64,000 nucleotides of DNA, from positions 33,448,551-33,512,550 of the forward strand of contig NC_069001.1 in assembly GCF_001194135.2 (NCBI RefSeq), read 5' to 3'. The stretch's first letter is position 1. Every line of letters begins with the position of its first letter. Below the pieces are notes generated by a model. That model had not been told where the DNA came from and did not search any database. It saw only the letters and a program-made list of their open reading frames with translations. This document shows, piece by piece, positions 53,708-64,000 of this stretch. The DNA comes from Octopus bimaculoides. Lineage: Eukaryota. A program made the translations under genes and the position numbers.

Positions 53708-54680
53708 CAAAGGGGTACCCAAAAGAAACCAGAATTTTGCAATACTATTTTATTCACTTAGTTTTACATGTTTACCTCTTTATCGCCTTCAAACTTTTCT
53801 CCATTTGAAGCAAGGCATTGATCCAGATGCATTTTCCATTGTTCAAAGCAGTCCTCGAACTCTTGCAAAGTGATGCTTATTAACGCCTTCATCGTTTTTT
53901 TCTTCACCTCTTCCATATCTGCAAAACGTTTTCCTTTAAGAACTATTTTCATTTGGAGGAACAACAAAAAGTTGCAGGGAGCTAGATTGGGTGAAAAGAG
54001 AGGCTGGGTAAACAGGGTTATGCCATTTTTAGTCAAAAACTGTCTCACATTCAAGGTGGTGTGTGAAGGTGCATTGTCATGATGAAACCACCACTCTCCA
54101 CTTTTGCCACTGGTAAGGGCATTTTTGTCTCACCATGTCTTGCAAATGTTTCAGAACTGCCCAGTAAAATATTTGGTTAACAGTTTGACCAGGAGGAACA
54201 AATGCTGTGTGGACAATTCCTTTTGCATTGATGAAACAAATCAGCATTGTCTTGACATTGGACCTCACTTAGCACACATTTTGGGGGCACAGTCACATTG
54301 AATACTTCTGTTGACTTGATAGTTGCTTTGTTTCCAGGTCGTAGCCATAGCTTTCATCACCAGTGATGGCCTTTGAAAAAGGTCCGGATCAACTTCCAAC
54401 AGTTCTTTCAGTTCATAACACACATTCAATTGTGACTGCTTTTGATCTTCCATGAGCAAGTGAGGCACAAATTTTGCTGCAACTCTTTTCATTCACAATT
54501 CCTCACTCAAAATTCATTGGGAGGAGCTCCATGACACACCAGTCATATCAACAAGTTTGTCAATCATTCAGCAACAGTCCTCCATGATCAATTCAGGAAT
54601 TTTTGTGATGTTTTCATTTGTTTGGGAGGTCGACAAATTTCAAGCAAGAAAATATTGTTGCCTCGACACAAACATATTCA
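53708..54680 (-). mobile_element. Decayed mariner transposon
   Basis: Fragments MKRVAAKFVPHLLMEDQKQ, SNVKTMLICF.NAKGIVH..FVPPGQTVN and FSPNLAPCNF.LF..MK..LKGKRF. TIR-like sequence after TA at 53706-07. Confidence 0.92.
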
Positions 54681-55271
54681 GATACACATTTCCTAAACAC
54701 ACACACATACACACATACACATGCATGCACTCACGCACACACATGCACACAGTTTCCCTACATTTAGACTTTTCCTTTTTTGTACATGGAATTACACACT
54801 TGTTTTCCACTCACTACACACAATAATATTTACATGCTTCTATTCTTTACACAGGAAATTTGACCAATCCTTTAAAAAAACAGTACAACTGCATTCAAGG
54901 AGAAGGATCTTCCTTTATTTAATTACTTATTAATTTATTTTTAAATACAAGTTTGTTATTTTGCCTGCACACCATGTGATCATACAGAAATACTTCTTCC
55001 TTCCTGCCCTGAAAAAATACTTGTCTATTACCGCACATAAGTTCTATTAACTCACCAATGAACCAACAAAAGAACTTCTATGTAGTCCTTCAACCTACCA
55101 GAAATAGCAGCCAAATTTTCTTCAAGTAACATGCCCTCATCTAAGTAAAGAGCATGTTGTATAATGAAGTCCTAGCTCCATGCACATAGAAAAATGATGG
55201 GTGGTCACAGCTAGAATGCTTTTGATCATAAGTCTGCTCAATCAGTGCTGACCTAAGGCAGCAACAACAAC

Positions 55272-55693
55272 TTATCAATGAGTCTGCAAGGAGCTTATCA
55301 TCAAACTCAACTGGACGTCCTGTTCAATCTTCATCTTCAAGGCTGAAATCTCCACTTCTGAATTTTGCAAACCATCTTCTGCAAGTTCTTTCATTCAAGC
55401 ATTCTTTCCCATAAACTGAGTGTATGTTTCGAGTTGCTTCAGCTGCAGAGTTTCCTTTTTTGTACTCATAAAGCATTACATGCCTCAAATGCTCTTTGGA
55501 TACTTCCATGTTAGGAAGGGTTTTAATCAAAGAAATTTTAATTCTATTATTCTGTAAAATAATATTTAATTAGTTTAAATGTACACAAATGCATAAAAAT
55601 AATTTTTAATTCCATTAATCATTCTAAAATACCATTAAATTTCATTCAATTTTAAAAAAGGTAAAATTGGACAGAACTTATGGGATGGCCTGA
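55272..55693 (-). mobile_element. Mariner 5' fragment
   Basis: TIR-like tatcaggccatcccataagttctgtcc and MEVSKEHLRHVMLYEYKKGNSAAEATRNI...WFAKFRSGDFSLEDED*TGRPVEFDD. Confidence 0.92.
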
Positions 55694-55699
55694 TAAGAG

Positions 55700-57650
55700 A
55701 ATGATCACCAAGAGGATGAGCATTGTGCTAGAATTATATGATTCTGCTCTGCCAACAATTTAACTAGTTCTGTTCTTTCCAAATTACTTTGTCATTCAAA
55801 GAACATGAATGTAATCTTCAGAAGAATTAGGTTACAGAAAATTAGTGAGCTTTTTTTCACAAATAACCAATTTATTCAAAACTTGTTAACCTATAATGGC
55901 TATCACCTTCTCTATTAGTGGAAGCTAAATAATTGATGTGAATTTCATCATTGTTGGCATGTAAATTAATGTGCTTCAGCAATAAGTCCCAAGACTCATA
56001 TTTAGTTACCACTGAGGTGAGCCAACTTTGTAGTTTTCAGCTCTGAAACTCAAACTATGTTCTGTCAATACTCTGATCATTCTAACAAATCTATGTTATA
56101 TCTTTTCCTAACACATTTAATTCATCAATTTTCTTTTACATAGCTGAATCAACATGTCCATGAATATCAGATCTCTGAGCGAAAGTACTTACAGCATACA
56201 TATGGCTTGTTGATTTTTCATATTCATTTAACTGGCGTAAATGATGGCATGGTCCCATCATTAAAACTAAGACAAATCAGAGCAATTGTAAACAATTTAC
56301 ATACAATGTGAATTGTTTACATAAATGTAAGCAATTTACATCAAATGTAAATTGTTTATATAAATGCAAACAATTTACATTCAAAACAATAAATTCTTCC
56401 TGGACTTTTTGAATAGCATAACCACTTTCTTTCAATAGTTCCCCTTTTAGCTAGCTTTCTCAAAACATTACTGTGCATTGTCTATTGGCATTCACTGAAT
56501 TCCCAAATTCACCACTTTCATTGAATCTGATTCACTGTGTATTGCATTTCCCTGTATCACTAATACTTGTGCTTGTGAAGCATACTTAGAAAAGGCCACT
56601 CTCCAGTGTTTTTCAAGTAACAATCAACTCAGTCCACAATTAACAAAAATCTGTTCTGTTCCAGATATAGAAATTAGAATACACTGCATTTTCTTAAAGA
56701 CACTTTTATTGAACTTTAGTGTTGGTATCAGGTTGTTAAACAATTATTGATGAATTTCAACATTTGATAGGCTGCATGTTACATTCATAATGACAACACT
56801 AATCTTCATATAAGCTTCCATACTCTTTATTAACTAGGAACATTTGCATTTACTTATGTATGACATTTGAATAAATACAACAACATTCAGGAGATATTAC
56901 TGAATGACATAAGTACAAGTATGCACTGGAAAATATGTGAAATAGTAATATGAAGACAGTTCATTTTTATTGAAAATAAATCAAATGGAAAGAATGAGAA
57001 TGCCTAATCAAAAAGCTAACAGATGCAGCTTCCAGTAGCATCTCAGGTTGTCCTAGGTAAAGTAATGCCACCTATCATGACATTGAGTGATATAATTCAG
57101 TGTAGTGCCATAGGCCATTCTGTAAGGAAACAAAAGATAATGGAAGAGTATCTTAGAGTAGAGTGACAAGGTTCTGTGAGGAGTTCTGGATGGCTCTGAC
57201 TAGGGTTCACTTCATCTACTTACTGTAAACCCAATGGAGTTTTTCAAGAAAATTTGTCCAGATTATTTGGCTGGAATATTTCAGCTCAGTTATATACCAA
57301 CTAATCTCTTACAGGTCAAGCTACATTTGTGTTCGTGTTAATGCTTTTTATGACCACACAGTTAACTTTTCATAACTGACCCTGTCTTTCATGGCAGTAT
57401 GGCAGGCTGTAGTTCTGAGCTGGGGAGTTTGAGCATGAGGGTTTAAAACTCAGCAGGATCCTTGCTGAAGAACTACTGCAGTAGTATCTATATCAGTAGG
57501 TGTAGTTGTTGGTAAAGAACATTGTTTTGTTGGCTTTCCAGATTCAGTTGATCAAATATCTATTTTCTTCTTCATGAACCATTATTAGTTGTATTTTAGG
57601 CTTTACAATATTCTTTTTACATGTCCACTTAAACAAGACCATTTTGTAAT
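55700..57650 (-). pseudogene. Highly decayed hAT (Tip100/ZMYM1-like) transposase remnant
   Basis: Scattered minus-strand motifs in the expected order: LSGHVKR at the N-terminus (about 57.6 kb), RD*LVY (TTF zinc-finger RDWLVYS-like, about 57.3 kb), HLRQLNEYEKSTSH (about 56.2 kb), and GSP..GN...LGLIAE (about 56.0 kb). Confidence 0.5.
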
Positions 57651-59260
57651 TTGTGAAAAAAAAAAAACAAAAAAAAAACATAAACAAACCAGTAATAATA
57701 ATCCAATAATCCAATTTTAGTTGTATTTTAGCTTTCCTATTACAGAAATCTATGAAAGAAATTTGTTTACAACCAAAATCTATTTGTTCATAGAAAAATA
57801 TTGATCATACAAAATTTGGATAAACTGGAATAAATTAATTAAACATCTTTGAAAATAAAGGTATTTGCAGATCAATAAATTTCAATCATAGGTAAGTATT
57901 GTTTACAATTGTCTACATTGTTAACAATTAATATCTATAAATCTAAATATCTAATCTATTGATTATAATGATAATTATATGAAAATGACAACCAAGAGTA
58001 GTCTATAATTTTTTAATCAGAATTTTGTTGAGAATTCTTTTTTCACCTGCAAATAACGAAATGATTTTTTAAAGACATTTTGAGAGGACTTTCAAAAATC
58101 TGATTGCAACACTTAAGATACAGATAAGGTGCTCTATTGTTTCTGCAAATTCACTATCTTCAGTGACAAATGAAGATAAAATGTTTTGTATAAGAGTGTC
58201 TTATTAATAATGGATTATAAAATTTTAAAATCTGGTTGACTGCTTAACTACCTACCTCAGTCAATAGAGCATGAAGCTCATTATTGTGGGACCAAACTAT
58301 GTTTGGTTCACGTAGGTTTTTTATTCATTTTTTTCTCATTCATCCAATTCTTACTCAACGAGTGCTGGAGCAATTCTCAGATCTTTTAAATATGGGAGCC
58401 TTCAAGTAGTTATTTGACCCAAATTATCCTCAAACTATACCTAACCATCTTAAATTAAGGGATATCGTGGATAAGTTAGTCCTAGATCCAGTATTTCAAA
58501 AATAATATGATTGAATGAACTGGAATGTCTAAATCATAGCTCTGTCTTGCTTTGGATTAGAATTCTGTTGGAGTGAATTGTACAACAAAGTGTCAATAAT
58601 GCTGGATACTAATCTCATTGTATTCTTGTTTTGCTTGTGGTCAGTCTGTTTTCTCCATATGTTACACCAAGGGAGGTAACAACTTGAATAGAAATATATA
58701 TATATATATATACAGAGAGAGAGAGGGGGGGAGAGAAAGAGAAGAGGAGACAAAGAGAGAAACAGAAATCGTGGAATCAGAGAAAAAACACGAGAAAAAG
58801 GAAGAAGGTCTATATTATTCTGCATTTGTGTGTCCAAATCTCAGGCACAATCAAGGTGTTTAACATAATGAAATAATGTCATGAAGATCTATAAATTTAT
58901 GTATCAAAAGATACATTGATATATAGTTAAATTAAAGTGAAGTAACATTAATTACGAAGTAGCTGCGTATATTGTACTTTTATCTTTTATGCATTCCAGA
59001 GCAAAGGCTGAGGCCATGCTGGGGCACTGCTTTTTTTTTATTAGATTTAAAGGCTCATCAGAGAGATACATACATTGACAGAAGGGAAAGAAGATATTCA
59101 AATATGCAGTCTCACATCATGGAATTACTTGGACCCTGCGAGTATTAATAAATGTTGTTGGTGTCTTGGTCACACCATGCAAAAGGATATAACTCAATCT
59201 TATTGGAGTTATATCCCTTAGTTATTAAGTATTAAGTAGATTGTCACCATTTATATTATC

Positions 59261-59518
59261 CAGATTGTCACTTGCCATATGTATTAACTAGATTGTCACT
59301 TGCCATATGTATTAACTAGATTGTCAGTTGCCATATGTATTAACTAGATTGTCACTTGCCATATGTATTAACTAGATTGTCACTTGCCATATGTATTAAC
59401 TAGATTGTCANNNNNNNNNNCAGATTGTCACTTGCCATATGTATTAACTAGATTGTCACTTGCCATATGTATTAACTAGATTGTCAGTTGCCATATGTAT
59501 TAACTAGATTGTCACTTG
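59261..59518. repeat. 28-bp minisatellite spanning an assembly gap
   Basis: Near-identical units agattgtcacttgccatatgtattaact. The 10-N gap at 59411-59420 means the true copy number is unknown. Confidence 0.95.
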
Positions 59519-60674
59519 TCAATAATTTTTATGACAGTGAGTGTTATCAGATAATAATCACATCTATAATCAATTGATAGCTAATTAGTGTTATTGTTAT
59601 CTTTAACAAATATTTATTGCAAATATTTGTATGAAAATTTTGTTTTATTTAATTTCATTTCAATTTGATAAATATATACTGTTTTTGAAAATTAGTATTC
59701 ATTTATCTATTTTGTATAAACACCATCAAATTTGAAAAATTAAAATTATAATTATTGTATCTTTGCAACATTACCTGATATTTTCCCCAGAGTTATAAGT
59801 ATATTTATAACATTATACCATAATATGGTGAATAATCTAGTACCTATATAAGCGGTAAAATTTGCAAGCCTATCTACCTCCTTGTTAGTTCAATCCAAAT
59901 CTTTCTTTGAGAAATGTGTGGCCTTGTACCAATGAAGCAAATCAATATTTATATGCTAATGGAGTAGTGTAATTAGGCTAATCAGTGGAAGACAATAAAA
60001 TAAGTCTTTCATGAAGCTTCATGTTAATTAAAACAAGAAATATAAAAAGCATTACCATATTTCTATTTCTCAAACCATTTTCCAGTACTCAATGCATTAT
60101 TCAATGACTTGTAAATTCCTTAAGAGGGTGATTGGCAGAATTATTTGAGCATTGGGCAAAATACCTTGTGGTATTTTTCGGAGGTCTTTATGTTCTGTAG
60201 TCATCTCCCATGGAGATCAGCTTTCCTTTTGTCCTTAAATAAAGTACCAGGGAAGTTCTGAGGCAGATAGTAGACTAACTGCTTCCTCGAATATTTCTGA
60301 CCTTGTACCTATATTAGAAACCATTACTTTAATTATTCTTAATATTTCCAGGTTGTTTCAGTAAAGAACTAGTTGAATTTTAAAATGAGTTTATGGCTTT
60401 GATATATTTCTAATGGGATATTATTGTAACCATTGAAAAATATTATCATAGAGTGTTTCTACAACTGACGAAAATGTGGAAAAGCATAACACTATGGTTG
60501 AGAAGTTTGTTTTTCAATTATATTCATGTTCAATCCAATGTGATATGCCTTGGGCAAGTGGCTTTTATCATAGTCTTGGATCAACCAAAACCTTGTCAGT
60601 AAAATTTGGTTAATAGAAACTGTGGAAACCTATTGGGACAGTTCCAAACTTGGGGTGGTGGACTTTATCCAAGG

Positions 60675-60692
60675 TTAGGGTTAGGGTTAGGG
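60675..60692 (+). repeat. Interstitial (TTAGGG)3
   Basis: ggttagggttagggttagggttt read directly from the sequence. Confidence 0.7.
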
Positions 60693-61304
60693 TTTAATAC
60701 CACTGTCTGGCTATGGATGCTTTTAGTGGAGTATATTATGTTGCAGGTAGTTGGACCAGGTCTCTGATTGGAAGATAATTTCCTTCTTTCCACAAGTCTC
60801 ACACACCCTGAAAAGGGGCATGGGTACGACCTTTCCTCCCATTGCTAAATCATGTGTAAAAATAGAAAACTAAAAACATACAAAAAGCAGCAAAATAATA
60901 CAGCAATACCAACTATATGGTGTTCCTTGATACAGTCAACCATTTTTAAATTCCAATTATTTGTAGTAATGCTGAAGCACAAGTTATGGGAATTGACTTT
61001 TGGGAACTAAGTATATTATAATCCAAGATTTGTGCTTGACGATCCTTGAGAGATCAAAAGGTCAATTTGCTCATCAGAGATGTGCGAAATGACTTTGTGA
61101 GAACCTTTTCATCTATTATTTTAGCCTTAAATATGCATATTCCCAAGAATATTGTAATATACATGCTCATACTCAAATTCTTAAAAACATCTATGGACCT
61201 CATTCATTATATGAACCTAATATATATAACATCTGCCAGAACTTTACTTACATTACATATAAGCAACCTGTTGTGCATGTTCACAGCAGGGTTTACATCA
61301 GAGC

Positions 61305-61640
61305 TGTGAAGGCTTGTGGTTTAGTGGTTTGGGGTATCCAGCTCATGATCAAAAGATCATAAGTTCAATACCCAGTGACATGCTGTGTCCTTGAGCAAGA
61401 CACTTTATTTAATGCTGCTTCAGTCCACTCAGCTGGCAAAAATGAATTGTACTGGTAATTCAAAGAATTCAAAGGGCTAGTCTTAACATACTGTGTCACA
61501 GTGGAATCTCACTGACAACTACATTAAGGGTATGCATATCTGTGAAGTGCTCAGTGACTTGTACGTAAATTTTACGAGTAGGCTGTTGAGTTGATTGGAT
61601 CAGCTGGAACACTCGTCATCGTAACCAACAGAATGCCAGT
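61305..61640 (+). mobile_element. SINE family B copy (CpG-decayed)
   Basis: Same head and core, with CG mostly converted to TG/CA. Confidence 0.75.
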
Positions 61641-61953
61641 ACATCAGATGTCCCTGTCCTACAAAAATGCTTTTACAAGAGCTAGGGATTCCTCAATCCC
61701 AGTGGTTTATATTTACAATCTAATTAATTCCTAGCTGGGACCTTGGCAGATGTGACTACTCTGGGTTGAGGTGGTTCCTTACTCCTCAGAACCCCATAGC
61801 TCCTGAACAAGGGGCCCACTGCCAAATGCAGTTTAAACACAGATAGACAGATATACGTATACATACATACAAACATACATAGATACATACATATAAGTGT
61901 GTGTGTGTGTGTGTGTGTGTATGCGCTGCACACTCATGCTTTGCACTAGGTGG

Positions 61954-62019
<66 letters not shown>

Positions 62020-62809
62020 TTAATATGAACTGTTGCAGCAAATGTTGTTTTCACGGTTGGTTATCCATTCTATCACTAACCACCCAACTGTGTAGATGTA
62101 GTAGTGATTAATTTTTATGCTAGACTGGCTGACACAAGGTAGTGTAATGTGTATTGCCTAATATGTGTGTAAGTGTGTGTCTTGATTATGAGTATATATG
62201 AGTATGGTAATTCATATTCTGTTTACTTAGACGGAGCTCAGCTTCCAGTCTTTTCACAGCGTACATACACACGCAACACACTCACGCGCGCACACACACA
62301 CACGCACACATATACACACACATACACACACACGTGTGTGAATGTGCGTGCGTTTTGTGTGAGTACGTGTGTGTGTGTGTGTGTATGAACCCACCCGAGC
62401 ATGCATATGATGGCTCTCTTTAAACTTGTAGTTGTTACTGTCACTGTTGCTGCTGCTGTTGCTACCGCTGCTGATGTTGCTTTTGTTGTTTTTGGGGTAT
62501 ATCATAGAAGCCGCAAGGTACCTTGCTGAGTTCGATTCAGCTCGCTAGGACTGGCAACGTTATGGTAGTTCCTTTGCTTTGAAGGAAACATAGTTAAAAG
62601 TACAGGAGTTCAGAGAAATTAATAATAAAGAAGTTACAAGCATTTAAAATTATGTAGTTTCAGCCAATTGAAGCTTCGATTGCTGAATATACCGGAAGTC
62701 GTGATTGTTTGTCTCCATAGGAACAATAATTACGCGGTCTCTCAACCTGCAAGAAATAGTAGCCAAATCTCCCTTAAACTACGCCATAGCGTCTAAAAAC
62801 ACGTGGGAC

Positions 62810-63215
62810 GAAACATTGTGTTACAGCACCGTTTATTTGTTCGCCTGAGGCAAGTCTTTATGGGACAAAGATGGAAGTGTTGGAATGTGAAAACAAAAGG
62901 AAGAACTTGAAGGAGTCTGTATATAATGTTTGTGCCCATGTGATTGGTTTTACCAAACGTAGAATTGGTTTATTGAAAATCTCGGGAAATGACTGGGAAG
63001 AAACTGCAACTAATCGGGCAAGATGGAGGAAAGCAGTACATTGAGGGAAGTGAGAATTTCGAGACAGCTCGAAGAAATCAGGAAAAGGTGAAGAGAGATG
63101 CTAGAAAGGGTGTGGACGTGATATGGAATGTGGAAGAGTCTGCTTTAGCAGAACGGGACTGTAAAGTCAAAAAAGAAGCCACGTACAGGGAGTTGACTTA
63201 TATTGAGCCATACAC
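62810..63215 (+). mobile_element. RTE-clade LINE 3' end
   Basis: RL.RQVF(Y)G, DWEETATNRARWRKAVH, EGSENFETARR and a terminal C2H2-like ECGRVCFSRTGL*SQKRSH, across frameshifts. Confidence 0.75.
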
Positions 63216-63338
63216 AGCATAACAACACGCCATGAATGTATCAAAGTTTTCCTATCAACAGGAGTTCGAAACGACATATGAAAGAGCATGATGACGAAAA
63301 TGTGGATCCTGTTCTTGGGGGGTAATCATATACATGTA

Positions 63339-64000
63339 CAAAGGTGGGTTGAAAAGTTCGTAGGCTGATTATGAAGGAGTGGCGATTGAACTGTGAATTC
63401 TCGCATGCGTTAATTTCAACCCATCTTATTAATAACTGCATTGTTTCTTTCCAGGTAAACTGACATCTGACTGTTCAAAGAAGACTTCAAAAGGTAACTA
63501 GTAGCAACTTCTTTTGAAAATGAGCAAAATTTGGCATCGTGGTGTTATCAAGTACCTGCAGAAAAAGGGTTTAGCCCCTAAAACGACATTCATGCTGACA
63601 TAGTTGCTATATTAGGGGATGACACTCCAGCTTTATCAACAGTGCAAAAATGGCAAGCTGAATTTAGGAAGGGAAGGAAGAGTCTTGAAGATAATCCAAA
63701 GTCTGGACGTCCTGGAACTGCCACCACCGAGGAAAACATTGATCGTGCTCACCACATATGGATTACAGACGTTTGAATATAAATCAAATAGCCAATCCTC
63801 TTAGCATATCCCGTGAGAGGGTTGAATATATTCTGCACAATGAACTTGGCATGATAAAAGTTTCCTACTCGGTGGGTGCTACGTCCATTGACACCTAATC
63901 AAAAGTGCACCAGGCTGATTACATCACGGGAAAATCTAACATTGTTTGAGGCAAATCCAGCTAGTCTTATTGAATGGTTTTTCATCCAGGATGAATATTG
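63339..64000 (+). mobile_element. Mariner element of the same family as 25187-26338, cut by the window end
   Basis: TA followed by TIR caaaggtgggttgaaaagttcgtaggctga. From 63520 it reads MSKIWHRGVIKYLQKKGLAP, then frameshifts. Confidence 0.9.

Noticed and set aside
59261-59518. CRISPR-like array
   Set aside because: The units are contiguous with no unique spacers, the context is eukaryotic, and there are no cas genes.
60830-60945. 32-codon hydrophobic minus-strand ORF (MVDCIKEHHIVGIAVLFCCFLYVF...)
   Set aside because: Hydrophobic ORFs arise by chance from T-rich DNA, and there is no promoter, splice or homology support.
2646-63804. Most ORF-track entries ([16 protein letters not shown], poly-X peptides)
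   Set aside because: They are translations of microsatellites, N gaps or the antisense strand of TEs, with no splice or homology support.

Overview
AT-rich, repeat-dense animal genomic DNA with many microsatellites and assembly gaps. The SINE families, gene structure and scaffold style suggest an octopod cephalopod (inference). One protein-coding gene is well supported: a minus-strand SINHCAF/FAM60A homologue with 4 coding exons (10855-15781, about 220 aa) whose GT-AG junctions and phases all reconcile. The rest is mostly decayed mobile DNA: Tc1/mariner remnants, a hAT transposase remnant, hAT and Tigger-like MITEs, an R4/Dong-like RLE retroelement, RT and RTE LINE fragments, and at least four SINE families. 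The most unusual structure is a previously unexplained tandem array of five diverged non-coding modules at about 18.2-22.8 kb, just upstream of SINHCAF on the opposite strand. Each module is promoter-like (AGCAGACGAC plus an E-box), then an exon, a splice donor, a 106-135 nt intron and an acceptor. There is also an orphan minus-strand first exon with tandem CCAAT boxes at about 46.0-46.4 kb, and a block-like CpG depletion pattern suggesting methylated gene bodies. Almost all entries in the ORF track are microsatellite, N-gap or transposon artefacts. TE boundaries are approximate unless TIR/TSD coordinates are stated.
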